DNA of 64,000 nucleotides. Source: Paludibacteraceae bacterium. GTDB taxonomy: Bacteria > Bacteroidota > Bacteroidia > Bacteroidales > Paludibacteraceae. Positions 43,349-52,931 of the stretch are shown here, in pieces. Within the stretch, counting starts at the first letter, position 1, and each line of letters starts with the position of its first letter. The notes below the pieces were generated by a model, which was given only the letters and a program-made list of their open reading frames with translations, did no database searches and had not been told where the DNA came from. The DNA lies in assembly GCA_017417025.1 (NCBI GenBank), contig JAFPZY010000017.1:27614-91613 (forward strand). Direction: 5' to 3'. The position numbers and the translations under genes were made by a program.

Positions 43349-45925
43349 ATGACTATTACATTTCAGATTAACTACCGCACGGAGTACGGACAGACATTGT
43401 GCGTGGTAGAGACGGGTGAGAGCATTTCGGGTTGGACAGAGCAACATCCGCTGCAACTGCAGTGCCAGGGCACGGACTTCTGGACCGCCACTGTACAGGT
43501 TAGCGATTTTCTGACAGAGTTGGAATACAAGTACGCCATCCGCGTCGATGGCGGCTACATTTACGAGGCGGGCGACGCGCGACGCATAACCCTCAGGCAC
43601 GAGGAGAAAAACCTCACGGTGCGCGACTTCTGGCAGGCGCAGGACGCTGACACCCCCTTCCGCACTACTGCTTTCCGCAAGGCGCTGTTCCGCCGTCAGG
43701 AGACGAAGAATGGCGCACGCCGCAAGAAAGAGGGCAACCTGCGTTTCTCTATAGACGTGCCGCAGGTGCTGCCCACGCAGGGCGTGGCCGTGATGGGCAA
43801 CATCCCGGAGTTGGGCGAATGGAATCCCGCGAAGAAACTGGTGATGAGCGATGCGGACTTCCCCGTATGGCGCGCATCGGCGGAGGTGAAGAAAGAGGGC
43901 GTGATAGAGTACAAGTACTGCCTCTACGACCTCGCCACAGGGCAGGTGACCGACATGGAGTGGGGCGAGAACAGGCAGATATGGGGCTGGCAGAAAGGTA
44001 TGCACCTGCAGCAGAACGACCGCGTCTTCCGCCGCACGAAGCCGCGTTTCCGCGGCGCAGGCGTGGCGGTGCCGGTGTTCTCGCTTCGCACGGAGCAGGA
44101 CTTCGGCATAGGCGAGTTCCTCGACCTGAAACTGATGGCCGACTGGGCTGCGCGCACAGGGCAGAAGATGATACAGACCCTGCCCATCAACGACACAACC
44201 CTCACGCACACCAACACCGACTCCTACCCCTACAATGCAGTGAGCGTCTTCGCCCTGCACCCCATCTACCTGAACATCCCCACCATGGGCAAGCTGACAC
44301 CGGCGCAGAAGAAGAAATACGAGGCGAAGAAACAGGAGTTCAACGCCAAGGACTTCGCCGACTACCAGACTGTCTATGACGAGAAGATGACGTGGTTCAA
44401 GGCTCTGTACAAGCGCGACTTCAAGGCGCTGTCGCAGACGGAGGACTACAAACGCTTCTACGAGCGCAACAGCGAGTGGCTGGAGCCTTATGCCAAGTTC
44501 CTTGCAGAGCGCGACGGCGAGCCGCAGGACTTCTACTGCTACCTCCAGTACCACGCCGACAAGCAACTGCAGGAGGCGGTGGACTACGCACACTCGCAGG
44601 GCGTGGCCATGAAAGGCGACATACCCATCGGCATCAGTCCCGACTCGGTGGACGCAAAAACCGACCCGCAGCTCTTCCATCTTGACGCAAGCGCAGGCGC
44701 ACCGCCCGACGACTTCAGCATCAGCGGACAGAACTGGGGATTCCCGACCTACAACTGGGACGTGATGGCGCAGGACGGCTTCCGCTGGTGGCGCCGGCGC
44801 TTCACCAAGATGCAGGACTACTTCGACGCTTACCGCATTGACCACATACTCGGCTTCTTCCGGATATGGCAGATGCGCAAAACCGACGTGTGGGGGCTTT
44901 GCGGACACTTCTCGCCCGCCATGCCCTACAGCCTGCAAGACCTGTGGAACATGGGAGTGAAGCTCGACGAGGACCGCATGACACGGCCATACATACGCAG
45001 CAATTTCCTCGGAGACGTGTTCGGCTACGACACCGAAGAGGCCAAAGAGCGCTTCCTGAACACGAGGGACGGCTACGTGTATTGGTTCAAAGACGAGTTC
45101 GACACACAGAAAAAAGTGCAGGAGTGGTTCGAGAGCCGCAACCTCACGGACGACAAGAGCCGCAACCTGATGAACGGCTTGCTCTACCTGCACTGCGAAG
45201 TGCTGTTCGTGCGCGACCAGGAGCACCCCGAACTGCTGCACCCGCGCATCTCAATGTACCAGTCACACACGTTCAATGAACTGTACGATGACCAGAGGCA
45301 GGTGCTGATGAATATCTACAACGACTACTTCTACCGCCGTCACACACAGTTCTGGCGCGACTCGGCGATGCGCAAACTGCCTACGCTTATCCACTCCACC
45401 GGCATGCTCTGCTGCGGCGAGGACCTCGGCATGGTGCCCGCCTGCGTGCCCGACGTGATGCACGAACTGCAGATTCTCTCGCTCGAAATACAGCGCATGC
45501 CCAAAGACCCGAACCGCATGTTTGCACACCCTGCCGACGCACCTTACCTGAGCGTCTGCACCACCGGCACGCACGACATGAACCCGCTGCGCGCATGGTG
45601 GGAGGAAGACCGTGAGGTGACACAGCGCTTCTACAACGAGCAGATGGGCTGGTGGGGCGAAGCGCCTCGCGAGATGACACCCGAGATAGCCGAAGCCATC
45701 ATCAACCAGCACGTCTATAGCCCCGCCATGTGGGTCATACTGCCGCTGCAGGACTGGCTCGCCATCGACAGCCGCCTGCGCCGCCCCGATGCACACGCAG
45801 AGCGCATCAATGTGCCAGCCAACCCGCGCCACTTCTGGAACTGGCGCATGCACCTGAACATAGAAGACCTGCTGAAAGAAGACGCTTTCAACGACAGAGT
45901 CCTCGCGTTCACCAAAGTGAGATAA
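43349..45925 (+). CDS. malQ: 4-alpha-glucanotransferase (GH77) with N-terminal CBM20-like domains
   Basis: The start is MTITFQINYRTEYGQTLCVV (CBM20-like). The catalytic region has GVAVPVFSLRTEQDFGIGEFLD, DIPIGISPDSVD and CGEDLGMVP. The track ORF (GTG 43190) extends into repeat DNA. Confidence 0.9.
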   Translation: MTITFQINYRTEYGQTLCVVETGESISGWTEQHPLQLQCQGTDFWTATVQVSDFLTELEYKYAIRVDGGYIYEAGDARRITLRHEEKNLTVRDFWQAQDADTPFRTTAFRKALFRRQETKNGARRKKEGNLRFSIDVPQVLPTQGVAVMGNIPELGEWNPAKKLVMSDADFPVWRASAEVKKEGVIEYKYCLYDLATGQVTDMEWGENRQIWGWQKGMHLQQNDRVFRRTKPRFRGAGVAVPVFSLRTEQDFGIGEFLDLKLMADWAARTGQKMIQTLPINDTTLTHTNTDSYPYNAVSVFALHPIYLNIPTMGKLTPAQKKKYEAKKQEFNAKDFADYQTVYDEKMTWFKALYKRDFKALSQTEDYKRFYERNSEWLEPYAKFLAERDGEPQDFYCYLQYHADKQLQEAVDYAHSQGVAMKGDIPIGISPDSVDAKTDPQLFHLDASAGAPPDDFSISGQNWGFPTYNWDVMAQDGFRWWRRRFTKMQDYFDAYRIDHILGFFRIWQMRKTDVWGLCGHFSPAMPYSLQDLWNMGVKLDEDRMTRPYIRSNFLGDVFGYDTEEAKERFLNTRDGYVYWFKDEFDTQKKVQEWFESRNLTDDKSRNLMNGLLYLHCEVLFVRDQEHPELLHPRISMYQSHTFNELYDDQRQVLMNIYNDYFYRRHTQFWRDSAMRKLPTLIHSTGMLCCGEDLGMVPACVPDVMHELQILSLEIQRMPKDPNRMFAHPADAPYLSVCTTGTHDMNPLRAWWEEDREVTQRFYNEQMGWWGEAPREMTPEIAEAIINQHVYSPAMWVILPLQDWLAIDSRLRRPDAHAERINVPANPRHFWNWRMHLNIEDLLKEDAFNDRVLAFTKVR

Positions 45926-45943
45926 AAACCGTAAACAGAATAC

Positions 45944-48900
45944 ATGAAACGCTTTAACGAATACAAGCAACTCAATCTGCCCGCCATGAGCCGCGAAGTG
46001 CTCGCCGAGTGGGACAAGGAAGACCTCTTCCGCCAAAGCATAGAGACCCGCAAAGGGCACCGACCTTTCCTCTTCTTCGAGGGACCGCCGTCCGCCAACG
46101 GCATGCCCGGCATACACCACGTGCTGGCACGCACCATAAAGGACACCTTCTGCCGCTTCAAAACCATGCAGGGCTTCGAGGTAAGGCGCAAGGCCGGATG
46201 GGACACCCACGGACTGCCCGTGGAACTGGGAGTGGAGAAACTGCTGGGCATCACCAAGGAGGACATCGGCAAGAAAATCTCGGTGGACGAGTACAACGCC
46301 GCATGCCGCAGGGAGGTGATGAAGTACACCAAAGAGTGGACCGAACTGACACGTCAGATGGGCTACTGGGTGGACCTCGACAACCCCTACATAACCTACG
46401 ACAACAAGTACATAGAGACCCTCTGGTACCTGCTCAAGGAACTCTACAAGAAGGGCTATCTCTACAAAGGCTACACCATACAGCCCTATTCGCCGATGGC
46501 AGGCACAGGCCTCTCGTCGCACGAGCTGAACCAGCCCGGGTGCTACCGCGATGTGAAGGATACCACCTGCACGGCGCGCTTCAGGTTGGTCGGAGGCGGA
46601 AAGCCGGAAACAGAAAGCCTGTTCGGGTACGGGTTGCCCGTATTCGCCATAGCGTGGACAACCACCCCCTGGACGCTGCCGAGCAACACTGCTCTCTGTG
46701 TCGGCCCGAAGATTGACTATGTGGCAGTGCGCTGCGAGAATGAGATAGTGCTGTTGGCAGAAGCACGCCTCGCCGCATACGGCAAGGAGCTCGGGGAAAC
46801 GCCCGACATCATCTGGCGCGGCAAAGGCTCTGACCTTGATGGCATGCGCTACGGGCAGCTCTTCCCCTGGGTCACTCCCGTGGACTACGACAAGGAGACC
46901 AACACCATCACCGACCGCTCTGACGACGCTTTCCGCATCATCCTCGGCGACTACGTTACCACCGACGACGGCACAGGCATAGTACATATCGCACCCACCT
47001 TCGGCGCGGACGACAAGCGCGTGGCGGACGCTGCGGGCGTGCCTGCACTCTTTATGATAACAAAGACGGGCGAAACACGACCCATGGTGGACTTCACCGG
47101 CAAGTACTGGCTGACAGCCGACCTCAATACGGACTTTGCCGGCAAGTATATCAACAGGGAACTTTACGGCCGCTACGAGGGGCAGTTCGTCAAGAACGCC
47201 TACGACCGCGAGCACTTCTGGACCGACAACCGCTACAACGAAGCGGAAGCCCTTAAAGCAGAGAACCTCGACATACGCCTCTGCATCGAGATGAAGCAGG
47301 ACGGACGGTGCTTCCGCGCGGAGAAGCATGTCCACAACTACCCCCACTGCTGGCGCACCGACACGCCTGTCATCTACTATCCGCTCGACTCGTGGTTCAT
47401 ACGCTCAACCAAAGCGCGCGAGCAGATGATTGCCCTCAACAAAACTATCAACTGGCAGCCCGAGAGCACCGGCACCGGGCGCTTCGGCAAATGGCTTGAG
47501 AACCTTAACGACTGGAACCTGAGCCGCAGCCGCTACTGGGGCACGCCGCTGCCTATCTGGCGCACCGAGGACGGGCAGGAAGAACTGTGCATAGGCAGTA
47601 TAGCCGAGCTCTTTGCAGAAATAGACAAGTCCGTCAAGGCAGGTTTCATGAAAGAGAACCCCTGGAAAAACCACGTTGCGGGCGACTACTCGAAAGAGAA
47701 CTACGACCCCTCCGTGATTGACCTCCACCGTCCATACGTGGACCAGATTGTACTCGTTTCGCCTTCGGGCAAGCCCATGCGCCGCGAACTGGACCTCATT
47801 GATGTGTGGTTTGACTCGGGTGCCATGCCTTACGCCCAGAACCACTACCCCTTCGAGAACGCCGACATGCCCCGCACGGCTGACTTCATCAGCGAAGGCG
47901 TGGACCAGACACGAGGCTGGTTCTTCACTCTGCATGCCATACACACTATGATAGAAGGGACTGTGGCATACCGCAACGTGATAAGCAACGGACTGGTGCT
48001 GGATAAGAACGGAGCCAAGATGTCGAAACGCCTGGGCAACGCCGTGGACCCCTTCGGGGCTATGGACAAGTACGGCGCGGATGCGGTGCGCTGGTACATG
48101 CTGACCAACTCCTCGCCGTGGGACAACCTGCGTTTCGACCCCGAAGGCGTGGACGAGATAAGGCGCAAGTTCTTCGGGACGCTGTACAACACCTATGGTT
48201 TCTTCGCTCTCTACGCCAATGTGGACGGCTGGGGGGTAACGCCAAATCAGACTGACGAGACAGAATCGGGACAGAATCGGGAGCGGACAAACAGCGGGGA
48301 ATACGCTGAGATTGACAGGTGGATACTGAGCCGGCTCAACTCCCTCGTCAAAGAAGTCACCGATGCCTACGAAGCCTACGAGCCGACCAAAGCCGGACGC
48401 GCCATAAGCGACTTCGTGCAGGACGACCTGAGCAACTGGTATGTCCGCCTTAACCGCAAACGCTTCTGGGGCGGGGAGATGAACGCCGACAAACAGGCTG
48501 CCTACCACACTCTGTACACCTGCCTCTGCACGGTTGCACAGCTGATGGCACCTTCCGCACCCTTCTATGCCGACCGCCTCTACCGCGACCTGACCGGCAG
48601 AACGGTGCACCTGAGCAACTGGCCCGAGGCGGACAACAACCTCATCGACAGCACACTCGAGAGGCAGATGAGGCTTGCGCAACAGGCAACATCAATGATA
48701 CTTTCGCTGCGCAAACGTGCCGAGAAGAACGTACGTCAGCCGCTGCAGAAAGCTATAATCCCCGTGCAGGACGAAACCGCAAGGGAGGCACTGCTGCACG
48801 TTGCCGACCTCATACGTGCGGAGGTGAACATCAAAGAGCTTGAGGTGGTGCCGGCAGGAGAGTCGCAGATAAGGCTCGTGAAGAAGATACGCCCCAACTT

Positions 48901-49387
48901 CCGTGTGCTCGGCAAGAAAGCCGGAGCACAGATGAAGGCTCTTGCAGCCGCCATAGGGCAGATGACACAGGACGACATAGCCGCCTTCGAGCAGACAGGC
49001 GGCTGCACACTGCTGGGCATCGCTCTGACAACTGAAGACGTGGAGATAGCCACCGAGGATATGCCGGGCTGGCTCGTGATGAACGAAGGGCAGATGACCA
49101 TAGCGCTTGACATAGAACTGACGCAGGAACTGCGCGAAGAAGGCATTGCCCGCGAACTCATCAACCGCATACAGAACCTGCGCAAGAGCAAGGGACTGGA
49201 CATAACCGACCGCATCAACATCACCCTTGAACAGCGCGAAGAGGTGGCGCAGACGGTGGAGCACTTCCGCGAATACATATCGTCGCAGGTGCTGGCACTC
49301 AGCCTCACCACCGAAGCAGGACTGCAGGCCGACGACACTCTGGATATGGACGGGTACAAACTGAAGATTAACATAACAAAAGCATAA
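45944..49387 (+). CDS. ileS: isoleucine--tRNA ligase (type 2, long form)
   Basis: PPSANGMPGIHHVLAR (HIGH-like), KMSKRLGN (KMSKS); 1147 aa. Confidence 0.95.
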   Translation: MKRFNEYKQLNLPAMSREVLAEWDKEDLFRQSIETRKGHRPFLFFEGPPSANGMPGIHHVLARTIKDTFCRFKTMQGFEVRRKAGWDTHGLPVELGVEKLLGITKEDIGKKISVDEYNAACRREVMKYTKEWTELTRQMGYWVDLDNPYITYDNKYIETLWYLLKELYKKGYLYKGYTIQPYSPMAGTGLSSHELNQPGCYRDVKDTTCTARFRLVGGGKPETESLFGYGLPVFAIAWTTTPWTLPSNTALCVGPKIDYVAVRCENEIVLLAEARLAAYGKELGETPDIIWRGKGSDLDGMRYGQLFPWVTPVDYDKETNTITDRSDDAFRIILGDYVTTDDGTGIVHIAPTFGADDKRVADAAGVPALFMITKTGETRPMVDFTGKYWLTADLNTDFAGKYINRELYGRYEGQFVKNAYDREHFWTDNRYNEAEALKAENLDIRLCIEMKQDGRCFRAEKHVHNYPHCWRTDTPVIYYPLDSWFIRSTKAREQMIALNKTINWQPESTGTGRFGKWLENLNDWNLSRSRYWGTPLPIWRTEDGQEELCIGSIAELFAEIDKSVKAGFMKENPWKNHVAGDYSKENYDPSVIDLHRPYVDQIVLVSPSGKPMRRELDLIDVWFDSGAMPYAQNHYPFENADMPRTADFISEGVDQTRGWFFTLHAIHTMIEGTVAYRNVISNGLVLDKNGAKMSKRLGNAVDPFGAMDKYGADAVRWYMLTNSSPWDNLRFDPEGVDEIRRKFFGTLYNTYGFFALYANVDGWGVTPNQTDETESGQNRERTNSGEYAEIDRWILSRLNSLVKEVTDAYEAYEPTKAGRAISDFVQDDLSNWYVRLNRKRFWGGEMNADKQAAYHTLYTCLCTVAQLMAPSAPFYADRLYRDLTGRTVHLSNWPEADNNLIDSTLERQMRLAQQATSMILSLRKRAEKNVRQPLQKAIIPVQDETAREALLHVADLIRAEVNIKELEVVPAGESQIRLVKKIRPNFRVLGKKAGAQMKALAAAIGQMTQDDIAAFEQTGGCTLLGIALTTEDVEIATEDMPGWLVMNEGQMTIALDIELTQELREEGIARELINRIQNLRKSKGLDITDRINITLEQREEVAQTVEHFREYISSQVLALSLTTEAGLQADDTLDMDGYKLKINITKA

Positions 49388-49392
49388 GCACC

Positions 49393-49809
49393 ATGAAAAC
49401 AATCAGCAGAATCGTATTGATTCTTATTGTGGCACTCGCAGCCTTCACCTCATGCCAGAACAAGGACGTGGAGATAGGCACGCGCGAACAACTCGTAGGA
49501 CGCTGGCAGAGCCAGAGCGGACAGGACTTCATCGTCTTCACCAACGAAGATGCAGGCGAAGGCTATGCCTGGGGAATGGAGTGGAACGCCGACGAGACGC
49601 TGGAGTCGGACCTCGAAGAACTCGACTTCCACGGCAACGGATGGTTCAAGTGGAAAAAGGGCGGCGACTACATCACAGCACGCAACATGATGAGTATCTC
49701 CGAGGCTGAAGCCGCAGTTGACTGGAAGCTTTACGAACTCAACGACAGCCGGATGCAACTGGCACAGAAGGCAGGCAAGATTGTCACCTACAACAAAGTG
49801 CAGCAATGA
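49393..49809 (+). CDS. hypothetical lipoprotein
   Basis: Lipobox LAAFTSC; 138 aa. It is translationally coupled (ATGA) to the downstream AsmA-like gene. Confidence 0.7.
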   Translation: MKTISRIVLILIVALAAFTSCQNKDVEIGTREQLVGRWQSQSGQDFIVFTNEDAGEGYAWGMEWNADETLESDLEELDFHGNGWFKWKKGGDYITARNMMSISEAEAAVDWKLYELNDSRMQLAQKAGKIVTYNKVQQ

Positions 49810-52800
49810 AAAAGGCACTGAAAATAACAGGTATCGTCCTCGGCTCGCTGTTAGGGCTGGTGCTTGTGGCAGTGTTCACCGCTTGCTATCTGGTGTTCAC
49901 ACCCAAGCGTCTGACACCTATAGTGAATCAGGTGGCCGACTCGCTGCTGCTGTGTGACCACCGTCTGGACGAGGTGAACCTGACGTTCATCCGCACCTTC
50001 CCCGACTTCGGGGTGGAAGTGCGCGGGCTGTATGTCATCAATCCGGTTGAAGGAGCGCAGTCCGACACTGTGCTGGCGGTGCCTGAACTGGTGGCAGGCG
50101 TGGACCTGATGAAAGCCATAAAAGGTGACGTGGTGATACACAAGTTCGCCCTGAACGACGTGGAGGCCAACATCTTCATCGGCGCGGACGGCACCACCAA
50201 CTTCGACGTGCTCAACCTGCCCAAGGACACCACACAGGAAGAGGACACTACTGCTTCGTCATGGCAGCTGAAATCGCTGCACTGGGACGAGGCTCTGACA
50301 GTGAATGCCCGCCGCCTCTCTTTCCTTGACCTGAAGGACAGCCTTGAGGCTTCGACGGACAACCTGCAGGTGACTGTAGCGGAGACCGGCAAAGGCGCAC
50401 GCCTTGACCTTCTGACGCGCAATGTATGTGCCGCTAAGGGTAGCCTAAGGGTAGCTCAAGGGTTGCTGATGACTCTTGCACTGCCTGTGGACGTGGAAGA
50501 CGATGATTACCGCAAGCTGCGGCTGAACGGCATGAAGGTGTCGGTGAACGAGTTTGAAGCCGGCATAGACGGCACGCTTGCCGTGCCGGAGACATGGACG
50601 GGGGGCATATACGACTGCGACCTCAATCTGGCGACCAACGACTGGCGCATATCCTCCGTGCTTGCCCTGCTGCCGGAGCAGTACCGCTCGCTTGTCCCAA
50701 AAGAGATAGAGGCTGACGGCGACGTGCGGATAGCAGGACATGTATATGGGCGCTACGACAGCATCAGCATGCCCCTTGCAGACATCAACCTGCAACTCAA
50801 GAACGCAGCCGGACACTACGACAAGAAAGTGCTGCCATACGACTTCCAGGCTATAGCTGCCGACATAGACGTGCATGCCGACCTCAACCGCAAGGCAGGG
50901 ACGACGGCAACCATCAACCGTCTGTACGCCCGCACAGGCGACACCTACGCAACCGTGAAAGGCACGGCTACGGAGATTCTGAAGAACGGCAGCGGCTTCG
51001 AACTTGACAACCCGCTCTGCACGGCGGTGGCGGATATACAACTGTCGCTGCCCGATGCCGACCCGTGGCTGCCTCAGGAGGGCGGCACATCGCGGGTGAA
51101 AGGGACGATGAAAGGACAGGTGAGCGTGACGACACGCCTGCAGGACGTGCTCAACCGGCGCTACAACCGCGTGGGGCTGGCGGGAAATCTTGACATCAGA
51201 GACCTGGACCTTCTGTATGCCGACTCAACGATGGCGCGCTCGGAGCACCTGACCCTTGACTTCACAGCCCCGCGCAAGGCGGTAAAGGACAGAAACACCC
51301 TGTCGGCCGACTGCAAGATAGGCATGAGCAACCTCCATGCAGACGTACTGCCCATGCTGCTGAACGCCGACATAAAAGAGGGGACACTGACAGCCGCCGT
51401 GGAACTTGACACCAAAGACACGACACGCATACCTACGCTTGAAGCCGACTTTGCAATGAGCCGCCTGAAAGCGGACATGGACACCATTCATGCCGTTGCC
51501 GCCAATGTGAAAGGGAAGGCGCAGATAACAGGCAGCCACCGCAACAAGTCGGTGCCGAAAATGCAGGTGCGCTTTGCCTCCGAAACGCTTGACGCGGCAA
51601 TGGGCGACGGACTGCGCGCACGCACAGGGCACATAGACATAGAGGCTAATGCACTCTACAACAAAAAGGCGGAGAACGTGCTGCTGCAGTGGAACCCGCG
51701 CCTGCATTTCGACCTGGAGCAGGGACGCGCCGAGATTGCGGCACTGGGCATGCCTGTCGATATACCGCAGATACGTTTCGACTACTCGAACCGCTGCTGC
51801 CAGATTGACACGAGCCGCATAGTGTTAGGCAACTCCGACTTCTCGCTTGCGGGCGAAGTAAACAACGTCGGCCACTGGCTCCGCAAAGAGGCGGACCTGA
51901 CCGGCAACCTGCGCTTCACCTCCGACCACACCGATGTGAATGAGCTGATGGCGCTTATCAACCGCCTGAACAACGACTCGGTGGCGGAGATGCAAACAGG
52001 TGACGGAGAGCAGGCCGAAAAGCCGCTTGCCAAAGCTGACACCATAAGCAAGGAGGAGCAGTCGGAGCCGTTCATGGTGCCTGAGCATGTGGACCTGACA
52101 CTGCTGACGGTAATCCGCTCGGCTGACGCTTTCGGGCAGCACCTGAAGAACCTCAAAGGGCAGGTTTATGTGCGCGACGGCAAACTCATACTTGAGGAGA
52201 TGGGCTTCATCTGCGAGGCGGCCAAACTGCAACTGACTGCCATGTACCGCACCCCGCGCCGCAACCACATATACGTGGGGCTGGACTACCACATGGTGGA
52301 CATCGACCTGCAGCAGCTTATAGCCATGATTCCGCAACTCGACACCCTTGTGCCGATGCTGCGTGAGTTCAGGGGCGGCGCGCAGTTCCACCTTGCGGCG
52401 GAGACTTACGTGAACGACAAGTACGACATCAAGCCCTCGACACTGCGCGGAGCGTGCTCCATTGAGGGCAAGAACCTCGTGGTGCTTGACAACGCTACTT
52501 TCAGCAAGATATCGAAGATACTGCTGTTCTCGCCCAAGACGCAGAACGTGATAGACACGCTGTCCACACAGATAGTGATGTATAAAGACCAGGTGACTGT
52601 ATATCCCTTCTGCATAGGCATCGACAACTATCTTGCCGCGTTGGGAGGTAACCACTACCTGGACATGTCTTTTAACTACCATGTGTCGCTGCTCAAACCC
52701 TTCTATATAGGTGTGGACGTGGGCGGCACGATTGACGACCTGAAGATACGTCCGGCCAAGTGCCGCTATGCCAAGGACTTCCGTCCGATAATACGCCGCG

Positions 52801-52925
52801 ACACGGAGACGCGCTCGGCGGAGTTGCGCAAAATAGTATCTTCCAGTCTGAAACGTAACCTGCGCATACAGTCGGACCAGGATGCGCCCGGACAAGAGGA
52901 GGAGAACAACCCACAACAACAATAA
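49806..52925 (+). CDS. AsmA/TamB-like envelope biogenesis protein
   Basis: A single N-terminal TM segment (ITGIVLGSLLGLVLVAVFTA), then a ~1000-aa beta-rich region with an AsmA-like C-terminal part. Confidence 0.7.
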   Translation: MKKALKITGIVLGSLLGLVLVAVFTACYLVFTPKRLTPIVNQVADSLLLCDHRLDEVNLTFIRTFPDFGVEVRGLYVINPVEGAQSDTVLAVPELVAGVDLMKAIKGDVVIHKFALNDVEANIFIGADGTTNFDVLNLPKDTTQEEDTTASSWQLKSLHWDEALTVNARRLSFLDLKDSLEASTDNLQVTVAETGKGARLDLLTRNVCAAKGSLRVAQGLLMTLALPVDVEDDDYRKLRLNGMKVSVNEFEAGIDGTLAVPETWTGGIYDCDLNLATNDWRISSVLALLPEQYRSLVPKEIEADGDVRIAGHVYGRYDSISMPLADINLQLKNAAGHYDKKVLPYDFQAIAADIDVHADLNRKAGTTATINRLYARTGDTYATVKGTATEILKNGSGFELDNPLCTAVADIQLSLPDADPWLPQEGGTSRVKGTMKGQVSVTTRLQDVLNRRYNRVGLAGNLDIRDLDLLYADSTMARSEHLTLDFTAPRKAVKDRNTLSADCKIGMSNLHADVLPMLLNADIKEGTLTAAVELDTKDTTRIPTLEADFAMSRLKADMDTIHAVAANVKGKAQITGSHRNKSVPKMQVRFASETLDAAMGDGLRARTGHIDIEANALYNKKAENVLLQWNPRLHFDLEQGRAEIAALGMPVDIPQIRFDYSNRCCQIDTSRIVLGNSDFSLAGEVNNVGHWLRKEADLTGNLRFTSDHTDVNELMALINRLNNDSVAEMQTGDGEQAEKPLAKADTISKEEQSEPFMVPEHVDLTLLTVIRSADAFGQHLKNLKGQVYVRDGKLILEEMGFICEAAKLQLTAMYRTPRRNHIYVGLDYHMVDIDLQQLIAMIPQLDTLVPMLREFRGGAQFHLAAETYVNDKYDIKPSTLRGACSIEGKNLVVLDNATFSKISKILLFSPKTQNVIDTLSTQIVMYKDQVTVYPFCIGIDNYLAALGGNHYLDMSFNYHVSLLKPFYIGVDVGGTIDDLKIRPAKCRYAKDFRPIIRRDTETRSAELRKIVSSSLKRNLRIQSDQDAPGQEEENNPQQQ

Positions 52926-52931
52926 AAAAAG

